Source: an uncultured Syntrophobacter sp.
GTDB taxonomy: Bacteria; Desulfobacterota; Binatia; UBA9968
Assembly: GCA_964478485.1 (NCBI GenBank)
Contig: CAYZJE010000095.1
Span: 1-53,707, forward strand
Length of the DNA: 53,707 nucleotides
Direction: 5' to 3'
Shown one piece after another: positions 35,847 to 46,957 of this stretch; position 1 is the stretch's first letter; each line of letters starts with the position of its first letter. A program made the position numbers and the translations under genes. The notes beneath the pieces were generated by a model. That model was not told the DNA's origin. It made no database searches and saw only the letters and a list, made by a program, of their open reading frames with translations.

Positions 35847-35909
35847 CTGACTCTCTTCACCCCAATGAATAGAAGCCCTAACCGTTCCGCGAATCGAAAT
35901 TCGATTAGC

Positions 35910-35984
35910 TGGAGCTGGCGATAGGACTTGAACCTACAACCTGCTGATTACAAATCAGCTGCTCTACCGTTGAGCTACGCCAGC
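35910..35984 (-). tRNA. tRNA-Thr (anticodon TGT)
   Basis: GCTGGCG-TA-GCTC..GAGC-A-GCTGA-TTTGTAA-TCAGC-AGGTT-GTAGG-TTCAAGT-CCTAT-CGCCAGC-T-CCA. Confidence 0.93.
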
Positions 35985-36148
35985 TTACCCAGGTCTCGAT
36001 CAGTACTCACCAGCGCAAAATTCGCTATATCACCAACGCTCAGGCAGCGGGAAAACACTGACTGCTATAATTCCAGTTTAGTCACTGAATCTTTGCCTTT
36101 TAGGCAAACGACGGCGTCAGGGCAGCTTACCCTTTTAGTAAACGGGTA

Positions 36149-36177
36149 TTTAAACCACCTTCACGGGGATATGTCAA
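36149..36177 (-). promoter_or_regulatory. Candidate promoter of the tRNA-Thr/Tyr/Gly/Thr-tuf transcription unit
   Basis: Minus-sense TTGACA (36172-36177), 17-nt spacer, TTTAAA (36149-36154), or TTAAAT with an 18-nt spacer. About 165 nt upstream of tRNA-Thr(TGT). Weak -10. Confidence 0.3.
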
Positions 36178-36234
36178 CAGGAAAGGCACAAATTCACTAA
36201 AAGTCCTATCCAAAACCGCTTTTTAACCATTTAC

Positions 36235-37005
36235 TTACCGCTTGGTTAAGCGCTTGTCAATGTTTCGACTTTGACGCACTAGCTCGTACAGGAAAACTGC
36301 CCCCGCCACTGCCACGTTGAGGGAGGCGATCTTGCCAAGCATGGGGATGGACACCACGAAGTCACAGTCGCGCAAGGTAACTGGACGAAGCCCTTTGCCC
36401 TCGCCGCCGAGAACGATGACCAGACGGTCTGGAAAATTCTTGTCGTAGATACTCTCCGGACTCTGCCCATCTAGCCCGACGGTCCAATAACCCTGATTCT
36501 TGAGCTCGCCAATCGCCCGGCGGAGATTGGTTACCTTAGTTATGTTGAGATGATGCGTCGCCCCAGCCGATGCTTTGACAACCACCGGCGTAACGTCCAC
36601 CGAGCGGTCTTTGGGAATTACCACATAGCTGACTCCCACCGCCTCAGCGGTTCGTAACAGCGCGCCGAAGTTTCTTGGGTCAGTGAGCCCATCCAACACG
36701 AGTATCCAGCTCGTGGCCGAGCCGGTGGAAGCCTGTTGGAGCAGCTGGTCGAACGACAGGTAACGGTAAGCTTCCACCCTGGCAACCACACCCTGGTGCC
36801 TGTAGCCGCCGGCCAGTCGATCAAGAGCCCTCGCCTGGACCGGCACCATGCGCAAACCCTGTTGCTTAGCTTTGTGCGCAATTTGGCGTAATGCCGGGCG
36901 CTCAGAATTCTCCGCAACGAGAATTTCCAAGATATCGTTTGCCGACGTCTTGAGTTTCTCCAAAACCGGATTAATGCCAAAGACGATGTTTTGGTTATTC
37001 GACAT
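36235..37005 (-). CDS. rlmB: TrmH/SpoU-family RNA 2-prime-O-methyltransferase, RlmB-like (23S rRNA Gm2251 type)
   Basis: N-terminal substrate-binding domain (IVFGINPVLEKL) plus SpoU domain (LVLDGLTDPRNFGALLRTAEA ... LVIVLGGEGKGLR ... IPMLGKIASLNVAVAGAVFLYE). First ATG at 37005; the track ORF starts at TTG 37032. Confidence 0.75.
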   Translation of the reverse strand: MSNNQNIVFGINPVLEKLKTSANDILEILVAENSERPALRQIAHKAKQQGLRMVPVQARALDRLAGGYRHQGVVARVEAYRYLSFDQLLQQASTGSATSWILVLDGLTDPRNFGALLRTAEAVGVSYVVIPKDRSVDVTPVVVKASAGATHHLNITKVTNLRRAIGELKNQGYWTVGLDGQSPESIYDKNFPDRLVIVLGGEGKGLRPVTLRDCDFVVSIPMLGKIASLNVAVAGAVFLYELVRQSRNIDKRLTKR

Positions 37006-37075
37006 CGATTGATCAAAGCTCCACTGCGCCAATGGATTTTACAATAGCGCAACCACCAGCTAACATGCCGGCACC

Positions 37076-38275
37076 GTGCAACGAAGAACGATTTTTCGAT
37101 ATCTCATCGCCGAAGTTCTGCCGCCTTTTTTTCTCGGACTTCTGGCCTTCACCCTGATCTTATTGATCGCGCGAATCCTGAAACTCATCGATCTAGTCAT
37201 TACGCGCGGCGTTCCGGTGCTCCAGATCGTCAAACTTTTCTCGCTCATATTGCCGACCTTTCTGGAGTTGACCGTACCGATGTCGTTCCTTTTGGCCATT
37301 CTATTAGGTCTCGGCCGCTTGTCCAATGACCAAGAGCTATTGGCGATGAAGGCTTCCGGTGTGAGTCCTTCCCAAATGCTTTGGCCAATCGCCGTCGTGG
37401 CCACCGTCATAGCGCTCATCACGCTGTCGCTCACGCTTTTCGCTCGCCCGGCGGCGAACTTCGCACTAAAGAAGGAACTTTACAATATCGCCAAGACGCG
37501 CGTCGGCACCGCGCTCAAAGAGAGAGTCTTCAACGACGATTTCCCAAAAATCTTAATCTACGTCGAAGAGCTCAAACCGCCTGGCAACACCGCGCAAGGA
37601 ATATTGATCGTCGACAAACGCGACAAAGCCCGGGAAGATATCATTCTCGGCAAGGTGGCGATTATCAGTACGGACGAAGAAACTAATTCCTTGGGACTTA
37701 AGCTCTTTGACGGCTCAATCTTTGGGCGGGAGAAAAACCGTCCCGGTTTCAGCGAGACGCGCTTTAACATCTATGATTTCAAGTTCGACCTCGACGAGCT
37801 GGTCGGCACTGTGCAGCAAAAAGGAGCCGGACCCAAAGAGCTGCCGCTTAGCGACCTACTCGAACGGATAGGCGTCAAACAGAGCCAAGGGGCCAAGGTC
37901 ATCGCCGAGCGCATGGAGCTGCACCAACGCATCTCGTTCGGCTTCGTGCCAATGGTCTTTTGCCTGCTCGGCGTATCATTGGCATTGTTGCCACGAAATT
38001 CGCGGGCCAGCCGTTCGTCGGGCTTCATGCTCTGTTTGTTTTGGTTGTTGGCGTATTACGCGCTGCTATCCCTCGGCAAGGCACTCGGAGAAAAAAACCT
38101 CCTCCATCCGCTTCCGGCACTCTGGCTGCCGAACATCGTCGTCAGTGCCATCGCCATCCATTTTTTCCGTAAAGCCCTAAACGAATCGCCGCTTGTTCTG
38201 CCGATAATGCTGGAACACCAGTGGGCGTGTGCACGGCAAATGATCATGACACTTTGGCCAAGAAAGAAGGACTAG
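37076..38275 (+). CDS. lptF: LPS export ABC transporter permease LptF
   Basis: 399 aa, YjgP/YjgQ-type permease. (M)QRRTIFRYLIAEVLPPFFLGLLAFTLILL; GTG start. Immediately followed by lptG. Confidence 0.85.
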   Translation: MQRRTIFRYLIAEVLPPFFLGLLAFTLILLIARILKLIDLVITRGVPVLQIVKLFSLILPTFLELTVPMSFLLAILLGLGRLSNDQELLAMKASGVSPSQMLWPIAVVATVIALITLSLTLFARPAANFALKKELYNIAKTRVGTALKERVFNDDFPKILIYVEELKPPGNTAQGILIVDKRDKAREDIILGKVAIISTDEETNSLGLKLFDGSIFGREKNRPGFSETRFNIYDFKFDLDELVGTVQQKGAGPKELPLSDLLERIGVKQSQGAKVIAERMELHQRISFGFVPMVFCLLGVSLALLPRNSRASRSSGFMLCLFWLLAYYALLSLGKALGEKNLLHPLPALWLPNIVVSAIAIHFFRKALNESPLVLPIMLEHQWACARQMIMTLWPRKKD

Positions 38276-39394
38276 ATGGCGATAGTCGCAGCGCGAATTC
38301 GCACCCGCTTTCTGCCCCTGGGCAGTATCTTAGACCGCTACGTGGCGGCGGGATTCGTGCGAATTTTTTTTGCTAGTTTGGCGATCATCACGTCACTTTA
38401 CGTCACGGTTGATTTTTTCGATCGTATCGGTGCCTTGTTCGAATCCGGTGCGCCGCTTTTCACCGTGGTTCGATATTTCCTCTACAAAGCGCCGCTCTTG
38501 ATCTCCCGCGTAGTTGGCTTTGCAACGCTCTTTTCGACGCTCTTTAGCCTCGGCATGCTGGCGCGAACCTATGAGATCACCGCCATGCGCTCGAGCGGTG
38601 TCAGCGTCCAACGGCTCGCGTTGCCGTTATTCGTGCTCTCACTATTTATCTGCGGTTTGACCTTCGTCTGGAACGAATCCTTGGTGCCGGTTTTCGCCCA
38701 TCGGGCGCAGACGATTTATCGTACCGAGATCAAAAACAAACAGCAAAAGAGTTTGTTGGGCACGCACGACATCTGGATACGAGGCGAGAATAGTTTCATC
38801 AACGTGGATCGCTTCGATACCCGAACCAGCACGCTGGAAAATATCACGGTCTTTCGTCTCAATCGCAATTTCAGCTTAAGTGGATTGGTGGAGATCCCTA
38901 GGGCGCAGTGGAACCTCAACGGCTGGAAAACCAGCCAGGCGGTCGAGTGGGAGCTAAGCGGCGATGGTAAGATGATCCGGCGCGAAATCGACGCGGTGTT
39001 GCCGCTTACCGAGACGCCCGACGATCTCAAACTGCTCGCACGCGACCCCGAGGAGTTCACTTACTTTGATTTGCAGAGACAAATCGCCGATTTGAAAAGT
39101 AAAGGAATAGATGCGACGAATTACGACGTCGACCTACAAAGCAAGCTCGCCTTCCCATTGGTCTCGCCGTTAATGGTACTGCTCGCCATTCCATTCGCGC
39201 TTAGACGACAGTTGACGGGCAACATTTCCCTCAGCTTCGGCGTCGCCATGCTGATCGCGTTCGGTTATTGGGTCCTGTCGGCATTCTGTATTTCACTAGG
39301 CCACAGCGGAGCCTTGCCGTCTTGGGCGGCCGGCTGGATACCTAATGCAATTTTTTTGATGATCGGGTTGTATTTCTTTACCGCCGAAGAATAG
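38276..39394 (+). CDS. lptG: LPS export ABC transporter permease LptG
   Basis: 372 aa paralogue of LptF (LDRYVAAGFVRIFFASLAIITSLYV). The ATG directly abuts the lptF stop. Confidence 0.85.
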   Translation: MAIVAARIRTRFLPLGSILDRYVAAGFVRIFFASLAIITSLYVTVDFFDRIGALFESGAPLFTVVRYFLYKAPLLISRVVGFATLFSTLFSLGMLARTYEITAMRSSGVSVQRLALPLFVLSLFICGLTFVWNESLVPVFAHRAQTIYRTEIKNKQQKSLLGTHDIWIRGENSFINVDRFDTRTSTLENITVFRLNRNFSLSGLVEIPRAQWNLNGWKTSQAVEWELSGDGKMIRREIDAVLPLTETPDDLKLLARDPEEFTYFDLQRQIADLKSKGIDATNYDVDLQSKLAFPLVSPLMVLLAIPFALRRQLTGNISLSFGVAMLIAFGYWVLSAFCISLGHSGALPSWAAGWIPNAIFLMIGLYFFTAEE

Positions 39395-39422
39395 TTCGAA
39401 GTGGAAAACGGATGAATCGACC

Positions 39423-39464
39423 CTTATTCCTGCAGCAGCCAGCTTTGGCTGTCGCCGGAATAAG
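39423..39464. terminator. Long hairpin between convergent lptG and rpsI
   Basis: CTTATTCC (39423-39430) pairs with GGAATAAG (39457-39464). Inner stem CAGCCA-GCTT-TGGCTG (39436-39451). No clear U tract on either strand. Confidence 0.4.
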
Positions 39465-39512
39465 CAATGAGATCGAGATTAGACACAGCGGCACCGAACG
39501 CCGCCGGGCTGG

Positions 39513-39905
39513 TTAACGCTTAGAATACTGCGGGCGTTTGCGTGCTTTGTGCCGGCCATATTTTTTGCGCTCAACCGCACGCGGATCACGAGTGACGAAA
39601 CCGGCTTTTTTAAGCACTGAACGAAAGTCCGCATTGAGCAACATCAACGCACGGGTGATACCATGGCGGATCGCGCCAGCCTGTCCTGAGTTGCCACCGC
39701 CCGTGACGTTGACGTCGATGTCAAAATTGCCGGCGGTCTGAGTGATATCGAAAGGTTGCATGACGATCATGCGCGCGGTTTCGCGGCCGAAATATTCTTG
39801 CAATGAACGGCTGTTGATGGTGATTTTACCCTTGCCCTGCTTGAGAAAGACCCGCGCTACTGAAGTCTTTCTACGCCCGGTTGCTGTGAAAACTTTGTCC
39901 GCCAT
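39513..39905 (-). CDS. rpsI: 30S ribosomal protein S9
   Basis: [23 protein letters not shown] ... [17 protein letters not shown] is canonical S9. Confidence 0.97.
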   Translation of the reverse strand: MADKVFTATGRRKTSVARVFLKQGKGKITINSRSLQEYFGRETARMIVMQPFDITQTAGNFDIDVNVTGGGNSGQAGAIRHGITRALMLLNADFRSVLKKAGFVTRDPRAVERKKYGRHKARKRPQYSKR

Positions 39906-39918
39906 TTGATTCGTACTC

Positions 39919-40344
39919 CTAGGCTTGCACCGCTAAAGGTTGTGGTTTCTGCGCGTCATGAGGATGCTCCGGGCCTGGGTAAACCTTGAGCTTGGTGACC
40001 AATTTGCGGCTCAAACGATTCTTTGGCAGCATCCCCTTGACTGCCAACATTACCAGTTCCTCCGGTTTCTCTTCGAGCATCTGGGCCGCAGTCCGCTCTC
40101 TGATTCCACCAGGATATTCGGTGTGCCGATAGTAAATTTTCTGATCGAGCTTGGCGCCGGTGAGCTTGATTTCCCGGGCATTTACGACAATGACAAAATC
40201 GCCGGCATCCTGGTTCGGCGTGTAGCATGGCTTGTGTTTACCCCTTAACACCTTGGCGATTTCGGTAGCCATGCGGCCAAGAATTTTCCCCCGCGCATCG
40301 ATCACGTACCACTGCCGCTGGCTCAGCGCTTCCTCTTTGTTCAT
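39919..40344 (-). CDS. rplM: 50S ribosomal protein L13
   Basis: [38 protein letters not shown] is canonical L13. Start at ATG 40344 (MNKEE); the track ORF is extended 15 codons toward tRNA-Asp. Confidence 0.96.
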   Translation of the reverse strand: MNKEEALSQRQWYVIDARGKILGRMATEIAKVLRGKHKPCYTPNQDAGDFVIVVNAREIKLTGAKLDQKIYYRHTEYPGGIRERTAAQMLEEKPEELVMLAVKGMLPKNRLSRKLVTKLKVYPGPEHPHDAQKPQPLAVQA

Positions 40345-40397
40345 GATTCCATCTCCACTACCTAACAATTTCTCGTACCGCTCCCTCAAGGGGAAAG

Positions 40398-40474
<77 letters not shown>

Positions 40475-40484
40475 GACAAAATTT

Positions 40485-40550
40485 AGTTTCGAATTTTACG
40501 TTTCGGGTTCCGCGTTTTAACTAAAAACTCAATACTCGGAATTCGAAACT
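40485..40550 (-). other. AT-rich hairpin in the tRNA-Val / tRNA-Asp spacer
   Basis: AGTTTCGAATT (40485-40495) is the exact reverse complement of AATTCGAAACT (40540-40550); 44-nt loop. Confidence 0.7.
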
Positions 40551-40560
40551 TTAACCTTTC

Positions 40561-40635
40561 TGGTGGGCGGTACAGGATTTGAACCTGTGACCCCCGGCTT
40601 GTAAGGCCGATGCTCTCCCGCTGAGCTAACCGCCC
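40561..40635 (-). tRNA. tRNA-Val (anticodon TAC)
   Basis: GGGCGGT-TA-GCTC..GAGC-A-TCGGC-CTTACAA-GCCGG-GGGTC-ACAGG-TTCAAAT-CCTGT-ACCGCCC-A-CCA. Confidence 0.93.
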
Positions 40636-40867
40636 CTTGGCTGCTTCTTACCAGAACGTCTAGCTGAGAAAAACTCTCAAGAGCTTCTTGGCCACATCTG
40701 TAGCGATTCAGATTGAACGGCTGCACAGTCGCACCACTAGTATTCAAACCTACTTCGTGATCGACTGAGGTGATTCATCAACATGGGGATTCAACTGAAC
40801 TTTCCGCCCGTCCCACGGCGACGACAACCAACCGCGCTACGAATGCAAAGCGGTTTTATAACAGCCG

Positions 40868-40897
40868 CAATGCCGGGTGTCAAACCACCCGGCATTG
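40868..40897 (-). terminator. Hairpin downstream of lon (candidate terminator)
   Basis: 12-bp stem CAATGCCGGGTG (40868-40879) / CACCCGGCATTG (40886-40897), 6-nt loop, 21 nt after the lon stop. Only a weak U-rich stretch follows on the - strand. Confidence 0.5.
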
Positions 40898-40918
40898 GCT
40901 TAGTTCAATTTATTTGAG

Positions 40919-43384
40919 TTATTGCGGCAGAATTTCCGACGCGGGAACGTCTTCGACCTTATCGGCGAACCCCGGCGCGTCATCCTTAGGCCGCGTTTCG
41001 ACCGGGGCGTGTTTAAACAGGCTTTCGGGATCGTCGAGAATGAGCGCCTTTTTTAGCACTTGATCGACGTGCGAGACCAGCTCCAGTTCGACGGTTTTAA
41101 GCACCGTAGCCGGGATCTCTTCAATATCTTTCTCATTCTCCGAGGGAATCAATACTTTCTTGATACCGGCGCGATGAGCCGCCAAAACCTTCTCTTTTAA
41201 ACCACCGATCGGTAGCACCGTGCCGCGCAAGGTGATTTCTCCGGTCATCGCTAAATCATTACGCACCGGAACTTTCAGCAACGCCGACACCAGCGAAGTC
41301 GCCATCGTGATACCGGCGGAAGGGCCGTCCTTAGGAATCGCACCCTCTGGCACATGGATATGGATATCGAGCTTCTGATAAAAATCCCTCTCTAGACCTA
41401 ACTCAGCCGCGCGGGACCTGACGTAGCTCATTGCCGCCCGCGCTGACTCTTGCATCACATCGCCGAGCTTTCCGGTAATAATGAGCTGGCCCTTACCCGG
41501 CATGACGGTAACTTCAGTAGACAACAACTCGCCACCTAGCTCGGTCCAGGCTAAGCCGGTGGTCACGCCGATCTTAACTTCCGTCTCCGCTTTGCCGTAA
41601 CGGAATTTATTGGCTCCGAGATATTTATGCAGACTCTTAGTGCCGACTTGGATATGCGCACTGCGGTCCTTGCGCACCACTTCAACCGCGACCTTGCGGC
41701 AAATGGAAGCGATCTCGCGCTCGAGATTACGCACCCCAGCTTCTTTCGTGTAATGACGAATGACGCCAAGCAGGGCGTTGTCGGTAAATGCTAAGTTCTC
41801 GGTTGTCAGCCCGTTCGCTTCCTTCTGTTTTTCCAAAAGGTATTTCTTCGCGATACTGAGCTTTTCCAGTTCCGTGTAGCCCGCGATGCGAATTATTTCC
41901 ATGCGGTCCTGTAACGGCCGGGGAATCCGGTCCAAGGAATTGGCGGTCGTAATGAACATCACCTTTGACAGGTCAAAATCTAAATCAAGGTAGTGATCGT
42001 TGAATGAAGCATTCTGCTCCGGGTCTAAAACTTCCAGGAGCGCAGACGAAGGATCGCCGCGAAAGTCCGTCGACATCTTGTCGATTTCGTCCATCAAAAA
42101 CACCGGATTGCTCGACCCGGCTTTTTTCATTGACTGAATGATTTTCCCCGGCATGGCGCCAATGTAGGTGCGCCGATGGCCGCGAACTTCAGCTTCATCG
42201 CGCACACCGCCCAGTGATACTCGGATAAACTTTCTTCCAGTCGAGCGGGCGATCGAACGGCCCAAGGAAGTCTTGCCAACTCCCGGAGGGCCGACCAAAC
42301 AGAGGATCGGACCCTTTATTTTGCCCACCAGGCTCTGCACCGCGAGATACTCAAGGATACGTTCCTTCACTTTGTCCAAACCGTAGTGGTCTTCTTCGAG
42401 TATCCGTTCCGCTTCATTGATGTCCAGTTTATCGTCGGTAAACTCATTCCACGGCAAACTGATGATCCAGTCGATATAGTTACGCACCACGGTGGCCTCG
42501 GCGGACATGGGCGACATCATTTTCAGCTTCTTGAGCTCTTTATCGACCTTGTCTTTCGCTTCGGCGGAAAGCTTTTTCTGCTTGAGCTTTTCTTCGATCT
42601 CCTGAATTTCGTTCTTGAATTCATCTTTCTCGCCAAGCTCTTTCTGGATCGCGCGCATTTGCTCGTTGAGATAGTACTCCTTCTGGGAGCGCTCCATCTG
42701 TTTTTTGACCCGCGAGCGAATGCGCCGCTCGACTTCGAGTATTTCAATCTCGGCGCGCATGTGACCGAGCACTTTTTCCAAACGCTCGGCGGCAATAAAC
42801 GACTCGAGCAGATTCTGACGGTCTTCCAGCTTGATGCCGAGATGCGCCACGATCGTGTCGGCCAAACGTCCCGGATCGTCGATCGAAGAAACCGACATAA
42901 CCATTTCGGGTGGAATTTTCTTCTTGAGCTTTACATAGTTCTCGAAGGTCGTGTGAACTTCGCGGACCAATGCTTCAATTTCCGTGTTGCGGTCGACGAC
43001 CTCCGGGGCATCTTCCACTTCAACTAAGAAAAAGTCCGGGTTAGCGACGAATCTAGCCACTTTCGCGCGCTTCTTCCCTTCGATCAAAACTTTCACGGTC
43101 CCATCGGGAAGCTTTAGCATTTGGACCACTGAGCCCAAGGTACCGATCTTATATATGTCGTCTTCGGCAGGCTCATTGGTCTTGGCGTCCTTTTGCGACG
43201 ATAGGAAAATCAGGCTCTGCCTCTGCGTCGCCTCTTCCAGCGCCTTAATGGAACGTTGCCGGCCAACAAAAAGCGGCACGACCATGTGCGGAAAAACGAT
43301 AATATCCCTCAGCGGCAACAATGGAACTCGGGTGATCCCCGATGTCCCCTCTTTGTCGTCTTTTTTGTCATTGCGAAACAGCAT
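40919..43384 (-). CDS. lon: ATP-dependent Lon protease (LonA)
   Basis: 821 aa; Walker [10 protein letters not shown]; catalytic-serine motif [11 protein letters not shown]; N-terminal LON domain [22 protein letters not shown]. Confidence 0.98.
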   Translation of the reverse strand: MLFRNDKKDDKEGTSGITRVPLLPLRDIIVFPHMVVPLFVGRQRSIKALEEATQRQSLIFLSSQKDAKTNEPAEDDIYKIGTLGSVVQMLKLPDGTVKVLIEGKKRAKVARFVANPDFFLVEVEDAPEVVDRNTEIEALVREVHTTFENYVKLKKKIPPEMVMSVSSIDDPGRLADTIVAHLGIKLEDRQNLLESFIAAERLEKVLGHMRAEIEILEVERRIRSRVKKQMERSQKEYYLNEQMRAIQKELGEKDEFKNEIQEIEEKLKQKKLSAEAKDKVDKELKKLKMMSPMSAEATVVRNYIDWIISLPWNEFTDDKLDINEAERILEEDHYGLDKVKERILEYLAVQSLVGKIKGPILCLVGPPGVGKTSLGRSIARSTGRKFIRVSLGGVRDEAEVRGHRRTYIGAMPGKIIQSMKKAGSSNPVFLMDEIDKMSTDFRGDPSSALLEVLDPEQNASFNDHYLDLDFDLSKVMFITTANSLDRIPRPLQDRMEIIRIAGYTELEKLSIAKKYLLEKQKEANGLTTENLAFTDNALLGVIRHYTKEAGVRNLEREIASICRKVAVEVVRKDRSAHIQVGTKSLHKYLGANKFRYGKAETEVKIGVTTGLAWTELGGELLSTEVTVMPGKGQLIITGKLGDVMQESARAAMSYVRSRAAELGLERDFYQKLDIHIHVPEGAIPKDGPSAGITMATSLVSALLKVPVRNDLAMTGEITLRGTVLPIGGLKEKVLAAHRAGIKKVLIPSENEKDIEEIPATVLKTVELELVSHVDQVLKKALILDDPESLFKHAPVETRPKDDAPGFADKVEDVPASEILPQ

Positions 43385-43392
43385 AATCCCTC

Positions 43393-44646
43393 CTAAGCGC
43401 TCTCCGCGGCCTTGGTGTATACGACAATTGGAGGTTCATGTTTATCCACGACTTCCTCGGTGATCACGACTTCTTTGATATTCGGCTGCGAGGGCATGTC
43501 GTACATGATATCCAACATGATATTTTCCATGATCGCACGTAATCCTCGGGCACCCGACTTTCGCTTCATGGCGTCGCGGGCGATCGCTCGCAGCGCCTCT
43601 TCGGTAAACTTGAGGTGCACCGATTCCATATCAAAAAGCTTCGAATATTGTTTGGTCAAAGCGTTCTTCGGTTCTTTGAGAATACGCACCAACGCCAGAT
43701 CATCCAACTCATCGAGGGTCGCGATGACCGGTAAGCGTCCGATAAACTCGGGGATAAGACCAAATTTAAGCAAATCTTCGGTCTGCACACCGTGCAGGAT
43801 CTCGCTGGACCTTCGACCATCCTTCTCCTCTAACTGGCCGCCAAAACCCATGCGTTTTCGTCCGATCCGTTTGCGAATAATGTCTTCCAAACCGACAAAC
43901 GCGCCGCCGCATATAAAAAGGATGTTGGTCGTATCCACTTGCAGGAATTCCTGCTGTGGGTGTTTGCGCCCGCCCTTGGGCGGCACGCTGGCCATGGTCC
44001 CTTCGATGATCTTGAGCAGCGCCTGCTGCACGCCCTCGCCGGACACATCGCGAGTAATCGAGGGGTTGTCGGACTTCCGCGAAATCTTGTCGATTTCATC
44101 GATGTAAACGATGCCACGCTGGGCCTTCTCGACGTCATAGTCAGCCGCCTGAAGCAGATTGAGAATGATATTTTCGACGTCTTCACCGACGTAACCCGCC
44201 TCGGTCAAACTCGTGGCATCGGCGATGGTGAATGGCACCTGCAGGAAACGCGCCAGAGTTTGGGCTAAAAGCGTCTTGCCTGATCCGGTCGGACCGAGCA
44301 TCAATATGTTGCTTTTCTGTAGCTCGACATCGCCAGTAACCATTTGGCTGTCGATGCGTTTGTAATGATTGTGCACCGCCACCGCCAAGATTTTCTTAGC
44401 GCGCTCTTGGCCGATCACATATTGATCGAGGACGCGCTTGATCTCAGCGGGCTTGGGAACGTTTGAAGAAGAGCTAAGATTTTCATCGTGATCGCACTCT
44501 TCGGCGATGATATCGTTACAGAGGTCGATACACTCATCGCAGATGTAGACGGTCGGACCGGCGATCAGTTTGCGAACCTCATCCTGACTTTTACCGCAGA
44601 AGGAGCAGACGAGATTACCCGGTCCATGTTCCCCGTGCTTTGCCAT
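43393..44646 (-). CDS. clpX: ATP-dependent Clp protease ATP-binding subunit ClpX
   Basis: Zinc finger [30 protein letters not shown]; Walker [13 protein letters not shown]. Start at ATG 44646 with GGGGGAG SD; the track ORF is extended 17 codons. Confidence 0.97.
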   Translation of the reverse strand: MAKHGEHGPGNLVCSFCGKSQDEVRKLIAGPTVYICDECIDLCNDIIAEECDHDENLSSSSNVPKPAEIKRVLDQYVIGQERAKKILAVAVHNHYKRIDSQMVTGDVELQKSNILMLGPTGSGKTLLAQTLARFLQVPFTIADATSLTEAGYVGEDVENIILNLLQAADYDVEKAQRGIVYIDEIDKISRKSDNPSITRDVSGEGVQQALLKIIEGTMASVPPKGGRKHPQQEFLQVDTTNILFICGGAFVGLEDIIRKRIGRKRMGFGGQLEEKDGRRSSEILHGVQTEDLLKFGLIPEFIGRLPVIATLDELDDLALVRILKEPKNALTKQYSKLFDMESVHLKFTEEALRAIARDAMKRKSGARGLRAIMENIMLDIMYDMPSQPNIKEVVITEEVVDKHEPPIVVYTKAAESA

Positions 44647-44671
44647 ACATCTCCCCCGGTTAAACTGATGA

Positions 44672-45274
44672 CTACTTTTTAATCGTGCCTTCGGCACGGT
44701 TCGCGATCACTTCGTCGACCAAGCCATACTCTAGGGCTTGCCTGCCGGTCATGAACATATCGCGATCCGTATCCTTTTCGATTTTCTTCAAGCTCTGTCC
44801 GGAATGCTTGGTCAAAATATTGTTTAGTTCCTCGCGCATGCGGAGAATTTCCCGGGCTTGTATATCGATATCGGTCGCTTGCCCCTGAAATCCGCCCAAG
44901 GGCTGATGAATCATGATTCGCGCGTGGGGCAAGGCGAACCGCTTGCCCTTCGATCCGGCGGCTAATAGCACCGCACCCATGCTCGCCGCTTGGCCGACAC
45001 AGACCGTGGAAATTTGCGGTCGCACGTATTGCATGGTGTCGTAGATCGCCAAGCCGGCGGTTACCCCCCCGCCCGGACTATTGATGTAAAAGAAGATATC
45101 GCGCTCAGGATCTTCGGATTCTAAAAAGAGAAATTGCGCGGTGATGAGATTAGCGACTTCGTCGTTTATGACGGAGCCGAGAAAAACGATTCGGTCTTTA
45201 AGGAGACGCGAATAAATATCATATGCCCGTTCGCCACGGCCGGTTTGCTCAACCACGATGGGGATGAAGTTCAT
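44672..45274 (-). CDS. clpP: ATP-dependent Clp protease proteolytic subunit ClpP
   Basis: 200 aa; [18 protein letters not shown], catalytic [11 protein letters not shown] and IMIHQP. Confidence 0.98.
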   Translation of the reverse strand: MNFIPIVVEQTGRGERAYDIYSRLLKDRIVFLGSVINDEVANLITAQFLFLESEDPERDIFFYINSPGGGVTAGLAIYDTMQYVRPQISTVCVGQAASMGAVLLAAGSKGKRFALPHARIMIHQPLGGFQGQATDIDIQAREILRMREELNNILTKHSGQSLKKIEKDTDRDMFMTGRQALEYGLVDEVIANRAEGTIKK

Positions 45275-45307
45275 AAGTAGCTAAACCCCTGGTCCACAAA
45301 AACTATT

Positions 45308-46633
45308 CTAGCTGTTTTCACCCGCCTCATCAACCTTAGAGATGGGTGGATCGACTTCTTTTATTCGTGCCCGTTCAAGTAAATACCCGACGGTGCGGTC
45401 AAACACCATTTGTGCGCGCAAATCGTCGCGCGCCTCGGGCTTTGCATAATATTCACGCAAGCCTTTCGCCCGGTCGCCGGCGGCGCGAGAGAGATTGTCG
45501 ATGCGCTCTTGAAGATCCTGATCGCTAACTTCGATTTTCTCCCGCTGCGAGATTTTCTCCACCAGTAAAGTTGCTTGGACTTGCCGGGTTGCACGGCCTT
45601 CTAAATTTTTACGCGCCTCTTCCATCGGCGGCGCCGCATCGGCGTCGGCCCCAGCCTGGCCGGCCACTTGGTTCTGGTAACGTTCCAACAAATACCGAGT
45701 TTGCCGCTCAATCATCGACCCAGGAAGTGCGAAGGCATGATTCTCGATTAGACGGCTGACCACCTTTTCCTTGAGATCCTCGTCTTGGTAATGTTTGAGC
45801 TCGTCCTCCAGCCGCTTGCGAATCGCGGCTTTCAATTCATCCAGCGAGCCATGTTCGCCATGATCCTTTGCGAATTCATCATCGAGAATCGGCAACACCT
45901 TTTGCTTGATCTCGCGCACGACAATGGAAAAATCCACGGTCTTACCGGCAATCTCCTTGTTGGGGTAGGATTCCGGATAATTGACCTGGACTGTTTGCCG
46001 ATCACCGATCTCGAGGCCGACGACCGCCGCTTCAAACTGCGGTAGCGCATGGCCCGAACCTACTTCAAGAGTATAGTTTTCTCCCTTGCCGCCCGAGAAC
46101 GGCTTGCCGGCGATACTGCCCTCAAAATCCAAAGTCACGAAGTCGGCATTTTGCACAATCTCCCGGCCCTCAACCAACTCCAGCCGTGCATGGCCTTCCT
46201 GTATCCGCTTGAGCGCTTCTTGGACCTGGTCATCGGATATGGCTAATTTAATTTTCTCGACCTCGACGCCCAAATAATCCTTTACTTCGATCTCCGGTTT
46301 GATCTCGAATATGGCTGAAAAAGAAAACGGCGCGCCTTCGTTGAGATCGTTGGTCTCGATTTCCGGCCGTGACACGATCTGCAAGCTGCGCTCCTTAATC
46401 ACTTCGCCCAAACTTTCTTCGACCAGATGCGATTTCACTTCGCCTTTTAACTCCTCGCCATAAATCCCTTGCAGCACGCTGCGGGGAATTTTGCCGGCAC
46501 GAAACCCTTTGACGCGCGCGCGCTGCCCAAGATTTTTGTAGGCGTGGGCAAATTCGTTGGCAACGGTTTCAGCGGGAAGTTCGATCCGGACTTTGCGCTG
46601 CACCGGACTTAATTCATCGACGTCGAATTTCAT
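45308..46633 (-). CDS. tig: Trigger factor
   Basis: About 441 aa; ribosome-binding motif GFRAGKIPRSVL; position upstream of clpP-clpX-lon. First ATG 46633 (MKFDV); the track starts 2 codons earlier at TTG. Confidence 0.94.
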   Translation of the reverse strand: MKFDVDELSPVQRKVRIELPAETVANEFAHAYKNLGQRARVKGFRAGKIPRSVLQGIYGEELKGEVKSHLVEESLGEVIKERSLQIVSRPEIETNDLNEGAPFSFSAIFEIKPEIEVKDYLGVEVEKIKLAISDDQVQEALKRIQEGHARLELVEGREIVQNADFVTLDFEGSIAGKPFSGGKGENYTLEVGSGHALPQFEAAVVGLEIGDRQTVQVNYPESYPNKEIAGKTVDFSIVVREIKQKVLPILDDEFAKDHGEHGSLDELKAAIRKRLEDELKHYQDEDLKEKVVSRLIENHAFALPGSMIERQTRYLLERYQNQVAGQAGADADAAPPMEEARKNLEGRATRQVQATLLVEKISQREKIEVSDQDLQERIDNLSRAAGDRAKGLREYYAKPEARDDLRAQMVFDRTVGYLLERARIKEVDPPISKVDEAGENS

Positions 46634-46781
46634 AACCAATCATTACTTTCGGCAGACTCGCGGTCGGACGCTAGAAAAGAAATGCAGCGCATTAATGTTC
46701 CGTGACGTTCAACGAGTAGCTAAGCAACCTTTCTAGTATATTGCGATCAAACGCGTCCGATAATTGCCGAGGCTAACGCGG

Positions 46782-46864
46782 TGGTGCGAGAGGGGGGACT
46801 CGAACCCCCACGGTTGCCCGCTAGATCCTAAGTCTAGTGCGTCTGCCAATTCCGCCACTCTCGC
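46782..46864 (-). tRNA. tRNA-Leu (anticodon TAG), long variable arm
   Basis: GCGAGAG ... CTAGA-CTTAGGA-TCTAG-CGGGCAACCGT-GGGGG-TTCGAGT-CCCCC-CTCTCGC-A-CCA. Confidence 0.92.
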
Positions 46865-46957
46865 ATCAGCCGAAAAAATCCTGACAAATTATGGGAACTA
46901 GTGAAGGAGAGTAAGAATTACCCACAGCTAAGTCAAGCGGCGCAACGCAGAAGTACT

